A DNA stretch of 61,424 nt, counting the filler. It is 7 parts of 7 records of this genome, joined end to end, with 100 filler letters (N's around TTAATTAATTAA, not from the genome) between each part and the next. Parts side by side here need not be neighbours in the genome. Positions count along the whole stretch, not along the records: positions 1 to 3,806 come from SRR7504441_706; positions 3,907 to 9,648 come from SRR7504441_708; positions 9,749 to 20,023 come from SRR7504441_709; 4 more parts are not named here. One strand, given 5' to 3'. Of this stretch, positions 1 through 10,932 are shown in pieces; within the stretch, counting starts at the first letter, position 1, and the number at the start of each line of letters is the position of its first letter. The position numbers and the translations under genes are program-made. Under the pieces are notes generated by a model. The model saw nothing but the letters and a program-made list of their open reading frames with translations, did not search any database and was not told the origin of the DNA.

Positions 1-61
1 AATCTTAGGTATATAATAAACAATATTTCTTACGGAACTCTCAGTTCAAAAGTTCGAAAGA

Positions 62-1487
62 ATGGTATGTCCGGTGCAAGCCGCCTCAAAGCAGTCTCCG
101 TGCGTGGCGGCGACCGAGGCGCAGCACGACGACGGACCCAGCCTCGAGATCCAGCTGTGCGCCCAGCAGCACGAGCTGCGCGCCAGCCGGGCCGAGCTGG
201 ACCGCCGGGCGCGGCTGGTGGACGACCAGCGGGCCGAGCTCCTCCGACTGCAGCTGGTGCGCCCACTCCCGGGCTAGCGCTGACCCGCCGGCAGCGGGAG
301 GAGCAGGTGATGGCCGAGGTGGCTGCCGGGTGGGTCGTTGGTCCGGCGCCGGCCGAGCTCGGGGGGTCAGCTGGGCCAGGGAAGCGCAGCACAAGACGGA
401 CCAGGCCGCCTGGATTGCCAAGCTAGACGCGGCCAACCAGGCGCCCCGGCCCGGGTAGGGCTGCTCACAGCTACCGGACAGATGCTCCAGCACTCTGGGG
501 CGGCCCTCCGCCAGAGCCAGCGCGCAGCCCTCCGATGGATCGCGCGCGCCGCTCTCCGAGCCAAGCGAGCCGCCGACACCCGTGCCGCGGCTCAGCGCTG
601 GAGGCGGCGCCAGCTCATCCGGTGAGCCTCCTGACAATTCGCCGGCCGCAGCGGGCCCAGGTGGCGGAGCGCGGAGCGATTGATTAGGCTGGGTGCTGCA
701 TTGCTGAGACAGACTGCGCGCGACCGGGCCGCCCGTTCGGTCTGCAGCTGGCGGGCGGGCGCAGCGCGGCCGGTCTGGCCCCGGGTGGCGGGTGGCTGTC
801 GGTTGCGGGGTGTGGCGTGGGCCGTCCGCCAGTCGAGTGTTGGGTGGGCGGTGAGCCAGTGGGTGAGAGGTAAGACCCTTCAGTGGCTAGCGTCTCTGAT
901 CCAGTGTGCAGGCAGTCTGGAGGCGGCCCAACAAGCAGCCGAGCAGCGCTCAGCGGCACTGCTCGCCCAATGGGAAGCCGCGGTCTCTGAGCTGACTGCC
1001 TCGCGCGATGCCAGGCAGACACGGGCCGCGCTGTGCCGGCTGAGTGGGCGGGGCAGGGTGGAGCAGCTCCAGACCGAGCTCCAGCGAGCTAACCAGCAAG
1101 TGCTGGATAGGCAGCGCGCCCTGGAGAGCGCAGTCCAGGCGCTAGAAAAAGCCAACAGCCGGAGCAGCCAGGCGCAGAGCGAGCTGCAGGCCAGTCGGCT
1201 CCAGGCGGAGCGGGCTGAACAGCGCGCCGGCGAGCTGGCAGAGCAGAGCGAGGCCGTGGAAGCTGAGCTGTGGCGGGAGAGGGAGCGGAACCTGCTGCTG
1301 AACAAGCGGCTCGAGGCGCTGTCGGTGGGGTTGACCGGAGGATCGTCGGAGGAAGTGGCCACGCTGTGGCAGTGCATTCGGCAGCAGCAGGTGCCTGGGG
1401 TGTGGCTGGCCGGCGAGCTTGCGGGTGCAGGAAGAGATTGCAGGGCTGCAAGCGCGGCTAGAGGGGCTGCAAAGGAGTGCAAGTTAG
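62..1487 (+). CDS. Multi-exon coiled-coil protein with Trp/Arg-rich (Sfi1-like) segments, function unknown
   Basis: ORF pieces 62-277 and 680-1495 carry heptad-rich text (ELRASRAELDRRARL; VEQLQTELQRANQQVLDRQRALE). Short GT..AG introns join them, and the last intron leads to EEIAGLQARLEGLQRSAS* (TAG 1485-1487). Exon structure is approximate. Confidence 0.55.
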
Positions 1488-1628
1488 TAACATGATGAGT
1501 GAAGCTATCAACAACATTATTCTTTCATACGTACATGTAGTCAGTTACGAGTAGTGTACGACTACAATATTTTAAAATCAAGCGCACATGAACGTACTCC
1601 ATATGCTCATTGCAAGCACTGCAACGAT

Positions 1629-2654
1629 TTAGTGTACCCATTGTGCCTCGCCGTCACTCCCTAATTGTAGCGCAAAGACCGCCTTTGGTGCACCGCATCG
1701 AGGACAGCGCCAGCTATCCGGCAGCGCCTCGAATGCGCTGCCGTTACCGTCCCGTCCCGGATCGTATACATGCCCACACCGGCCGCACCGGAACGGCCCG
1801 GCACTGCGCAGACAGCTCGCTCGGCACGTGCGTTCGCTCATCGCGCCAGCCGTGCCATCGGGAAGCCGGACGCACTGTCTGGTGCCGACCGGCTGGCCAG
1901 TACCGTTGACCTGCGCCGGCGGGGCCGCTACGCAAAAGTAGCCCGGCTGGCCGGCTGGCTCGCTGGTCGTATTATTGAGGGCGACCGCGTTAAGTGAAAT
2001 GTTGCCCATAGCGACTGCTGCAGCCACTCTTAATGCCACGGGCCCAGACATGGGCGCCTGCCATAGCAGCTGCACCGGCTCACCCACAGGGCTCACGAAG
2101 CTCGCGCGGGTGGCTGCGCATTTGGTCGAGAATTGGATAGCCGGGCCGGGTAAGGCCGACAGCTGGCCTAGCCCTGCGTCGAGCAGGAACCAAACGCGGC
2201 TCCGGGCCGCCGGGACCACCGTCAGCCTGTGCGTCGTGCCCGGGCTGTAGCCGGTCGGGCTCGGCTCGCCGTCGAGCAGCAGCTGAGTGCGGCCTGGTCT
2301 GGCGGCGAGCGCGTCCGGAAGTGAGAAGTGGGTCTTATCCGGCGGTGCCCCTGGGCCGAGGCAGACGGCCTGCGAGCCCATGCACCGCTCACTGCAGCTG
2401 CACCAGAGCCGACTGCAGTTCTGCCGGCCGCTGTGGATGGCACAGTGCCGCATGCACCAGCCGAAGCTGGCCGGTCGGCGGGGCTGGCAGACCAGGGCCA
2501 TGGGCGGGTGGCCGACCCAGCCGGCGGGAGCCACCGCCGCGGGGCCTCGCAACTGCGGCTCGGCCAGCGCCGGGAACAGACTGCAATCGCTGTACAGGCC
2601 CGGCCAGCCCTGGCACCCCGCCGCAGCCAGCAGCAGCGCCAGCCACTGGTGCAT
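1629..2654 (-). CDS. Secreted protein: signal peptide + Cys-rich module + Reeler-like domain + C-terminal rubredoxin domain
   Basis: Intronless ORF. MHQWLALLLAAAGCQG signal peptide (an upstream ATG at 2687 is also possible). Reeler-like YSPGTTHRLTV..WFLLDA..LLWQAP..GPVALRVAA. Rubredoxin FRCGRCGHVYDP..FEALPDSWRCPRCGAPKAVF. Confidence 0.75.
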   Translation of the reverse strand: MHQWLALLLAAAGCQGWPGLYSDCSLFPALAEPQLRGPAAVAPAGWVGHPPMALVCQPRRPASFGWCMRHCAIHSGRQNCSRLWCSCSERCMGSQAVCLGPGAPPDKTHFSLPDALAARPGRTQLLLDGEPSPTGYSPGTTHRLTVVPAARSRVWFLLDAGLGQLSALPGPAIQFSTKCAATRASFVSPVGEPVQLLWQAPMSGPVALRVAAAVAMGNISLNAVALNNTTSEPAGQPGYFCVAAPPAQVNGTGQPVGTRQCVRLPDGTAGAMSERTCRASCLRSAGPFRCGRCGHVYDPGRDGNGSAFEALPDSWRCPRCGAPKAVFALQLGSDGEAQWVH

Positions 2655-2850
2655 GATCAACGGCCGCGTGATACGTTGCACGAGCATAGCACGAGCACTG
2701 CTGCCGGCAGGTTAATAATCTAGATGATTAATAAGTAGTCTCAATAGATTACTACTACTTGGGCCTACGTATATGAAAAGTACGTAAATATATTTATAAT
2801 TGATCAATAATGCGAGTAGCTATATAAAAGAAAGACAAGCGCCTTGCGGG

Positions 2851-3806
2851 TCAAGCCTTGGTCTGCCGGCCGAGCAGATCTAGAGTCACTGCGCTCAGGA
2901 ACCCCGGCACCGAGTCGCGCTGCATCAGATACGCCTCGGCCTCCCGCTTGAACTCGCTGCACAGCTCAGTCTCCAAAAGTCCCAGCCCGTCCTCCGATTG
3001 CTGCCCCCCGCTGGCTGGCACCCAGACCAGCGCCCGAGCCTGGAACAGCAGCTCATCGCTCTCGCGCTCGGCGTACACCGGCCGGAGGGTGTACTGCTTG
3101 TCCCGCCAGTGGATCTCGTACCCGAACAGGGCGCAGATCGCCAGCCGGAATTCGTTCACCTTGACATTAAACACCTGCGGCCGCTCACCGCTGACTCAGC
3201 CGCCCGCTCGCCTGCTTGAGCCGGGCTGCCTTCTTTTCGGCAGCCGCCAGCGCGTCCCGCAGCTCGCCCACCTAGCCAGCCCAATCCGACCCGGCCCGAC
3301 CGGCCCAGCACCTCGGGATGCGCCAACTCGCCGGCGTCGTGCGAAGCCCGCAGCTGCGCCCGCAGAGCCTGCCCACCGGCTGGCCGGCCGCTGGGCTGGG
3401 AGCGCGCACCGCGTTCTCCTTTTGCAGCTGCTTGATTGCGTCCCGGTCGGCCGCATTCGAGGGCGGCTTGGGCGGCGCCGCCATGTGCAGCACCTGAGAC
3501 TAGGCTCGCCGGCCCCGCCCTCCGGGCCGCCTGGCTGTCCCGCTCGGTCCGGAGCCGGTCCACCTCGCGCTCGAGCTCGCTGATCGTCCGCTCGGCCGCC
3601 TTGAGGTCGCCCCGGCAGCCGAGAAGCTCCTGCTTTTCGCGCTCGGCCTCCGCACAGCTGCCGCCGGCCTCTTACGCGGCAGAGCGCGGCCGGGAGCACC
3701 GGGCCTCGCTCTGCTGGAGGGCGGCTCGCAGGCTTTCCAGATCGTCGGCCGGGTCGCTCAGCACCGGCCGCTCGCAGGTCGGCGACGGCCCGGCCAGAAG
3801 CGCCGA
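2851..3806 (-). CDS. MAD1: Mitotic spindle assembly checkpoint protein MAD1 (3' part, cut by contig edge)
   Basis: VLHM (Mad2-binding-like) segment, then RLKQ|VFNVKVNEFRLAICALFGYEIHWRDKQYTLRPVYAERESDELLFQ..SVPGFLSAVTLDL, matching the MAD1 C-terminal domain. GC-AG intron at 3175-3211 and a probable one at 3001-3039. Confidence 0.85.
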
Positions 3807-3906
3807 NNNNNNNNNNNNNNNNNNNNNNNNNNNNNNNNNNNNNNNNNNNNTTAATTAATTAANNNNNNNNNNNNNNNNNNNNNNNNNNNNNNNNNNNNNN
3901 NNNNNN
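3807..3906. other. Artificial contig-joining linker
   Basis: N-run + TTAATTAATTAA (stop in all frames) + N-run. Confidence 0.98.
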
Positions 3907-6255
3907 CTCAGCAGCGCAGGGACGACCGAAGGCGACAGTTCAACGCGGACGAAGTGGCGAGAGAGGCGGCGGTGCAGCCGGCGGCCTGGCGGGCGCAGGT
4001 GCCGGGGGCGGCCTGGGAGCGGGTGACCGAGGACTACGCCGGGCCGGGCCGGCAAGACAACTGCGACGACCCGGGCTTGGGCTGGGTCGGGCCGGCCGGG
4101 ATCGGAGGCGGGCCGCCGTATCGCACGGTGGTGCCGTACGAGGACATTGCCGCGCTGCGGGCCTTCCGGGCGGTCGGGAGCCGGTCGGTGCTCCCTGCGA
4201 GTGTGGCAGAGGTCTACAACCTGCAGCCGTCGGTCAACCCCCCGTGCGCGATCCTGGACTGCAGCCCCGAGCCGAGCTTCGACCGACTCCGGATCAACAC
4301 CTCGATATGCATGGGCCCGGCGCTGGCCGCGCTCCGGGCGGCGGACTGCTGCTGGGCTGACGTGCTGCGGGCCACTGCGGATGGCAGCGAGTGCAAGACC
4401 GGCGTGAGGCGGGGCGCGACGCTGCCCGGCAAAGCCCAGCGTCAGGCGGCTAAGCACGGTGATGAGACGGATTTGGGCCACGCAGCCGAGACCAAGGTGC
4501 TGGTTTATGGTGAGGATCAACTGGCAGCAGAGCGGCTCGCACAGATCATCAGCAGCGAGCTGAGGCCTTTCCAATGCTTTTTGTACCAAGGGACGATGGA
4601 ACAAGTGATGGCCGAGTACCCTGTGCTCTCTCGGGGGAGCGGCCGGCCGAGCGGGCTGGTGGAGGAGGCGGGGAATAAGCTGCCCACCGAAGTTGTCCCA
4701 GGGTTTATGTATCTCGGAGGTGAAGGCAACGCTCTGGACAAGACCACGCTGGACGCACTCGGAATAAACGCGGTGCTCAACGCGTCGGACAACGTGCCGC
4801 ACTTCCACCTGGACGACCCGAGCTACCATTACCACAGGGTGGCGGTTGGGGATTTCCCGAACTGGTCGGAGCGGATTGCAGATCGGCTCGAGCAGGCGGT
4901 AGACTGGCTCGAGCAGCAGCGGCAGGCCGGCCGGAAGGCGCTTGTGCATTGCAAGATGGGAATGAGCCGGTCGACCACCTGCGTGCTCGGCTGGATGATC
5001 AAGCACGGCGGGTCCTCGCTGAGCGAAGCGTTTTGCCATGTCAAGCAGCGCCGCAAGATTGCCAACCCAAATCCAGGTCACTCGCGAGCCGGCTGGGCTG
5101 ACCGGCTGGGCAGGCTTCCTGAATGAGCTGGCTCGATGGGAGATCTACATTAGGGGCGGCTCCTCTGTGCTCGGACACGCCGAGGCTGCGCAGCTTGCTG
5201 CCCAGGTCGAACAGGACAACGAATCGAACCAGAAATGCGCCGGGGCAGCAGCCGAGCCGGCGGAGGAGGCAGCCTGTGCTGCCACTGGGTGCATCCCCGA
5301 GCTGAAGCTGCGCTCTGGCAACAGCATCCCAGCCCTCGGCTTTGGAGTGGGCACCGCCTGGTTTGGGAGCGCCGACAGCGACAGGGACGCCTCGTTGGCC
5401 GCTGCGGTCCAAGCAGCGCTCTCTGCAGGCTTCCGGCACATTGACGAGGCTGAGATGTACGCTAACGAGCACACCACTGGCCGAGCGATCAAAGACTGGC
5501 TGAGCGCCAACTGCGACACACACAGGAATCAGCTTTTCATCACGAGCAAGGTGATGAGCGTGGATGGTGGGATAGAAGCAGTCTGCCGGAGCTCACTCCA
5601 AGCCATGCAGTGCGACTACTTTGACCTCTATCTGATCCACGCCCCGTTCACCCGGAGCGGCCAGCCATTCGCTACACCGCTGGTCGAGCTGTGGCGACAG
5701 ATGGAGCGGCTGGTAGATGATGGGCTGGTCAAGGAGATCGGCGTGAGTAACTGGAGGATCAGCGATCTTCAGCAGCTGGTCGGTACAGCGCGGATCTTGC
5801 CTGCCGTCAATCAGGTGGAAGCGCACCCATATCTGCAGCAGCCTACCCTGCTCGAGTGGTGCCAGAGACACTCGATTCTTGTGCAAGCGTACAGCCCGCT
5901 CGTCCCAATCACCAAAGTCCCAGGCGGTCCAGTCGATCAGGCTGTGAGTGCAGCCGCTGCAGCGCACGAGTGCACACCGGCCCAGGTGCTGCTGCGGTGG
6001 TGTCTGCAGACAGGCCGTTTACCGATCACCACAACATCGAGGCCGGAGAGATTGGACGAATATCTCAAGATCTTTAGCTTTGAGCTGACAGCGGCCGAGG
6101 TGCAGGCCATATCCACTGCAGGCGCCCCACCGGCCAAGCAGAGCCGGATTTATTGGACCAAAGCTCCGGCTTTTGGTGGCGACCCGGCCAAGGAGTTTGA
6201 GACGGCTGGATCGCTCTTGTACTGGGATGGATCGACTGTCCGAGCTTCTGTCTGA
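3907..6255 (+). CDS. Dual-specificity (MKP-like) phosphatase fused to an aldo-keto reductase; 5' end cut by contig edge
   Basis: Rhodanese-like region, then PTEVVPGFMYLG..VHCKMGMSRS. The 37-nt GT-AG intron at 5077-5113 gives ANPNPG|FLNELARWE and runs in frame into the AKR (IPALGFGVG, GFRHIDEAEMYANE, LFITSKV, DLYLIHAP, IGVSNW, NQVEAHPYLQQ). Confidence 0.85.
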
Positions 6256-6422
6256 CTGTGGGTTGGCCGCGTTACCCACAATCCCCTCGCTCCCACAATC
6301 CCCTCGCTCCCGCACGTCGCGGGCCACTCCGGCTCGAAAATTCGCGGATTTGTAATTCATATTGGTAATTTTAAATATTGTTGTTCTGACTCCTAAAAAA
6401 ACTATGTCACATAACTGGTAAA

Positions 6423-9400
6423 CTAGTGCTCCTCCTCGCTCTCTGCTTTAGCTTCGCTCAGTGCCACCTGCAGTCCTCTCGCGCCGTCATCCAGCAGATG
6501 ATACGGATTGGCATCATTATCAGTCGGTTCATCGACTCCGCGCAGCTGTATCTCACCTTGAAACCAATTGGAGTCCCTCTTCTGAATACCTGGTGAGCAA
6601 TTCTCGTTGCTAAGACCAACGAACGCGAGGCACGCCCGCCACTTGTTGGCCAGCCATTCAAAGCCCCTCTCCTCTCGGGCCACGACAACAAACAGCACAA
6701 CAAGCGCCAGGAAGGCAAGAGCATTGATCAGGATAATAGACATGCTCGCAGCCTCCTTCCAACTTTCTGTAGCATTGGTGCTAGACATCAATACAGCAAT
6801 CCAGACCGTCGTTATCAAAGCAAGTACAGAAATCATCTCCGCCTCGTCACTTCTCAGGTCCATGTAGGGCTGTAGGCGAGCTTGGACTATTGCAAATGTA
6901 ATGAATAAAAACAGTACCACCATGGCCTGAAGCACTACCCCCCATTGCTTCGTCAAAACAATAATTGTGACCGTTGCAACCTTGCGCACCATGATCGCAA
7001 GATTCCAGTAGTACCTCTCCGGCCGACAGTTTGCACCATGCCGACAGCTGCCATGATGACTGCGATCGATGCTGTTCGGCCAGCATACATCCTTTGGTCA
7101 TCCTCGCTCTGAAGGATTGCCAGATAGCAAAGCACCACTAGAACACTGACAACAACAATGATAGCAATGATGACGATTGGGATCTCTTCGCTAGTCGAAA
7201 GACATTTGTAGCATTCAAAGTCAAAAGTGGACCCATAGCCGCTTTCGCACAATGCACACAGAGGTCCGCAGTATGGAAATACACACATCTCATCAGGTGC
7301 CCGAGCGGTGCACGCCTCTGCAAAAATGCATTTCTGAAATATGTAGGGCAAAACCTCATACCAACCGTCTTGTGGAATTACTGTTGAATTCCCATAGCAC
7401 GTTGATCCCTCTGGGCAATCGGTACAGAGACCCATGCCACCAAGTGCAGGATCCGGAGCATAAAAGCAGTTGGGCTCGCACTTGTATATATAGGTCGAGT
7501 CACTCGCTAACCAGCCTTCCTTGTTGACTGAGAGGCGCACTGTGGCTGGCCCAGCATAGGATCGGTGTACGTCTTCATCACGTCTTGAAGTGAGGTGTGA
7601 CTCTGGCGGGGTGCAGCTCGCAATGCTATATCCTTGTTCGTGGCTCCACACATCCAAGCGAAGATTGGTACAGTTGGCCGTATATGATCCAGGTCCAACA
7701 AACTGCATGACCATTGTACTCGCATCAAACCAATCAGGATCATTCAAGCCGATATCAAGGTTGCCGTACTTGCCCGTGGATAGCATCATCCATTCATAAA
7801 GTTGCAACGAGCCATAGGCCACTACAGAATTATCTGTAGAACTTCCGCCCAGGACAGAGCCTGAAGAAGGACGGAGTCCACCTATTGACATACCGACGGC
7901 GTCGTACCAAAAGATCCTTCGATAGTTCCGCCCTTGAGGAGACGCAGATGTCCCAACTGTCAGCCTGCTCCATGGAGCTTGAGGTTGTGGCATTGCATCT
8001 GACACCCTACAAAGAATTTCCCATGCGCTTATTTCTTTAGTGTGCAGTCGCTCACCATCCAGCATACAAAAAGCTGCTGGTGCTTTGCTTGCAATGTCAA
8101 CCTTGACATACGACTCATGCCGTGTTGAAGCGAACGCATTTGCAGATATTTTGGTGATATGGGCGGCAGCAGGGTCATTCGAGGTGGCTGTGACACCAAA
8201 CACGCTAGATATACGGCTACATGACAGCCATTTGATTCCAGTCAAAGTAGCGTTTACTGCATCTGATTGGACTTCGACAGTCCAGTCAAGGACAGCAATC
8301 CCACTGACGTTGGTCATGGAAGTCACCACAGGATCGTGTGATGAACGCCACTTCTCACTGGTGTCAGATTCTAGGCATTGCCTGAGCTGCTTCGCCTCCT
8401 GTTGTCTCTGAGTCTCGTCCATTGCGACGAAATGTGCATACGCCATGTTGGCATACTTTACAGAGAAAGTTATGATGACTGTTGCTTCTAGCCCGCCACT
8501 GCGAAAAGGCACACTGTTGCTGCTAGTATTTCCAGCACGATTGATTGACCATACAGTGACGTTATAGTTGCTGTCTGGCGAGAGACCGGATATTGTGTAC
8601 TTGTAGAGATAGCCTGTGGAACCTCGCTTACTTTGCTCGCGGCATGCCCTCAGAATCTCGTTGCTATACTTCAAATTCGCGTCAACCTCGGGATGAGTGT
8701 TCCCGCGAATGACAATTCTGTAAGAGAGATTTAAGTTTGTAAGATGGTCTGCTTCGTCATCCCGTGGCTTTTCTGCGGTCCAACTCACAGTGACACTATT
8801 TGAAGCAATGCCAGATACACTCAGAGAGGGTGTATCAGGATACTTTGGCATTGTCCAGAAGGTAGCATTCACCGTGGGGCTCCAACCGGCGTCATTTGCT
8901 GCTCTGCAGGTTGCCATGTAATATGTGTCAGGCTCGAGGTCTTGTAGACTCAAGACCATGTATTTGCTCGATACACCTCCAGGGCGCACACCAGAACAAT
9001 GTTTTAAATGTACCTTGACACACTCATAAGAACAAGTAAAGTTAGTGATTGTCACATTGCCCTTGTCAACCAGGGTGCCATTCACTCGCACAGTGAAACC
9101 ATCAGAGGGCGGCAGTGCCGTGCAGGCGAGGTGCTTTATCATCGGCAGTGTGGTCACATGGACTGGTGGTGTTAGCTGTCCGTCGCTCTCGTTACGGAGT
9201 CGAACTAAATAGTTTGTGTTTGAGGTAAGGGGATCGAGTCTAGCAGAGTTGGCTGGTCCAATGCCACTGAGCATATTGAACCATTGACCTGACTCAGGTG
9301 AGAGGACCATCACATCCACTACAGTCGGTTCGCCAGTCCATTCGACCTCAGCCCACGTGGTGCCAGGATTGGTGTGCAATGGAAGAATCTGAAATCCTGG

Positions 9401-9648
9401 GCAATCCGTCACAAACTGGTGACCGGCGAAGTCAGCTGGCCTTTCTGTGCAAGTGTCGTCTTGGTGACCATTTTGGGTGTTCACCGATGGACACCAGCAC
9501 ACAAGTTTCTCTTGATCCAGCGTGATCGCACATGCATGGATTGCGCTTTGAACCCCCCCTGAGATGCTCACTGTGGAAAATGCGACGTCCTTGTACTCAT
9601 CTTGAACAGGAGCCGACTGGAATTTATCATTCAAATGGACAAAGCAGC
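6423..9648 (-). CDS. Large cell-surface protein: FN3 repeats, IPT-like and Cys-rich region, multi-pass TM C-terminus; 5' truncated, frame break near 7025
   Basis: FN3 motifs (LTSNTNYLVRLR, LEPDTYYMATCRAANDAGWS, GLSPDSNYNVTVWSINRAG). CTDCPEGSTC..YCGPLCALCESGY. TM segments, and YYWNLAIMVRK..LQPY in a different frame. Confidence 0.7.
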
Positions 9649-9748
9649 NNNNNNNNNNNNNNNNNNNNNNNNNNNNNNNNNNNNNNNNNNNNTTAATTAA
9701 TTAANNNNNNNNNNNNNNNNNNNNNNNNNNNNNNNNNNNNNNNNNNNN
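9649..9748. other. Artificial contig-joining linker
   Basis: N-run + TTAATTAATTAA + N-run. Confidence 0.98.
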
Positions 9749-9818
9749 GGCCACCCTGTGCTACCTGATATTTTACTGTCTCAAGCCGGCCGCTGATGAC
9801 GAGGTGGAGCAAGCCTAA
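9749..9818 (+). CDS. 3' terminal fragment of an unidentified gene
   Basis: Reads ATLCYLIFYCLKPAADDEVEQA*, followed by an AT-rich 3' region. Confidence 0.3.
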
Positions 9819-9946
9819 GCAATCATTTGCCTAAGCACTCTATTTTATGCTTTTTATGCTTTTAAAATCATTTGACTCTTCGCATCTACTATAAAGCATC
9901 CTATCCTAATCCTACATCCTAGATCCTGCGTGCATGGCATACATTA

Positions 9947-10853
9947 CTAGAAGCTCTTTTGCACGTCATCTTTGGTCGGGTTGATGAACTTGCTGAAAAC
10001 AGCCAGAAAATTCTTCATGCCCCAGAACCACTGGAGCGTGGACCCGAGCAGCTGCACCTGACTCAGGCAGGGTGCAAGGGGGGGCTAGCTACCACTCCGG
10101 CAGCCAGCATCCTGGCGTGCATCAGGGGGTATCCCCGGGGCAGCAGCAGCTCTGGGTAGTGCTGCAGGTAGTGCACGGTGCCAAATGTGCCCAGCCCAAG
10201 CCGCCACAGGACAAAACTGGCCTGTGCGCGCATTCATCCGCCAGCAGGCCTCGGGGCCGCACCGAGAACAGGTTGAATACCAGCGCAGGCAGCCAGTGCC
10301 CCGGCGATGTGCGGTGGCGGGCGAGCACCCAGACGTTGAGCGCTACGGTGGAGGTCTCTTGGGCCATCAGAATCGCTGCAATCATGTGTGGGCCGCAGTT
10401 CGCGATGATCACCCAGCCGAGCCCGAGGTGGATCAGGTGGTGGATCACCATCAGCCCGCCGTACTGCCGGTGGTGCACCACCATGACCAGCTCGGCCAGC
10501 TCGAACGAGGTGAACAGTACCCCTGCCAGGTACACTTTCGGTTCTCCGGCGTACTGCTGGTCGAGTGGCTGGTGCCAGCTCTCCAACAGCGCGTAGTTGG
10601 CCAGTCCCGACACTATCCCGGCCTTGACAGCGCAGAACATGGTGTGCGCCACGGGCAGCGCCCTGTTTTCCTCCGGCTTTTGCGATCGCGGTAGCAGCCG
10701 GAGCAGCCTCTTGGACGTGAGAAACACCAGCCCGTAGAAGAGTCCAGCCCAGAGCAGCGCGTATCGGGTCAGCAGCCCGGCCACCCCCCAGGCGCCCGGG
10801 TCCATGTGCAGCCAGCGCGTCGCTCCGCACTCCAGCCAGAGCGACGATGCCAT
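9947..10853 (-). CDS. TLC (TRAM/LAG1/CLN8) domain membrane protein
   Basis: Multiple TM helices; MVIHHLIHL..MAQETSTVALN..FVLWRL..LQWFW. Two short GT-AG introns. Confidence 0.8.
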
Positions 10854-10932
10854 GCTGGAGATCGTCAAGCGCCTGACAAAAAAATGCGACGGGCGTCGGT
10901 ACAGGCGGCCCTGAGCAGGCGGTGCATGTGAG

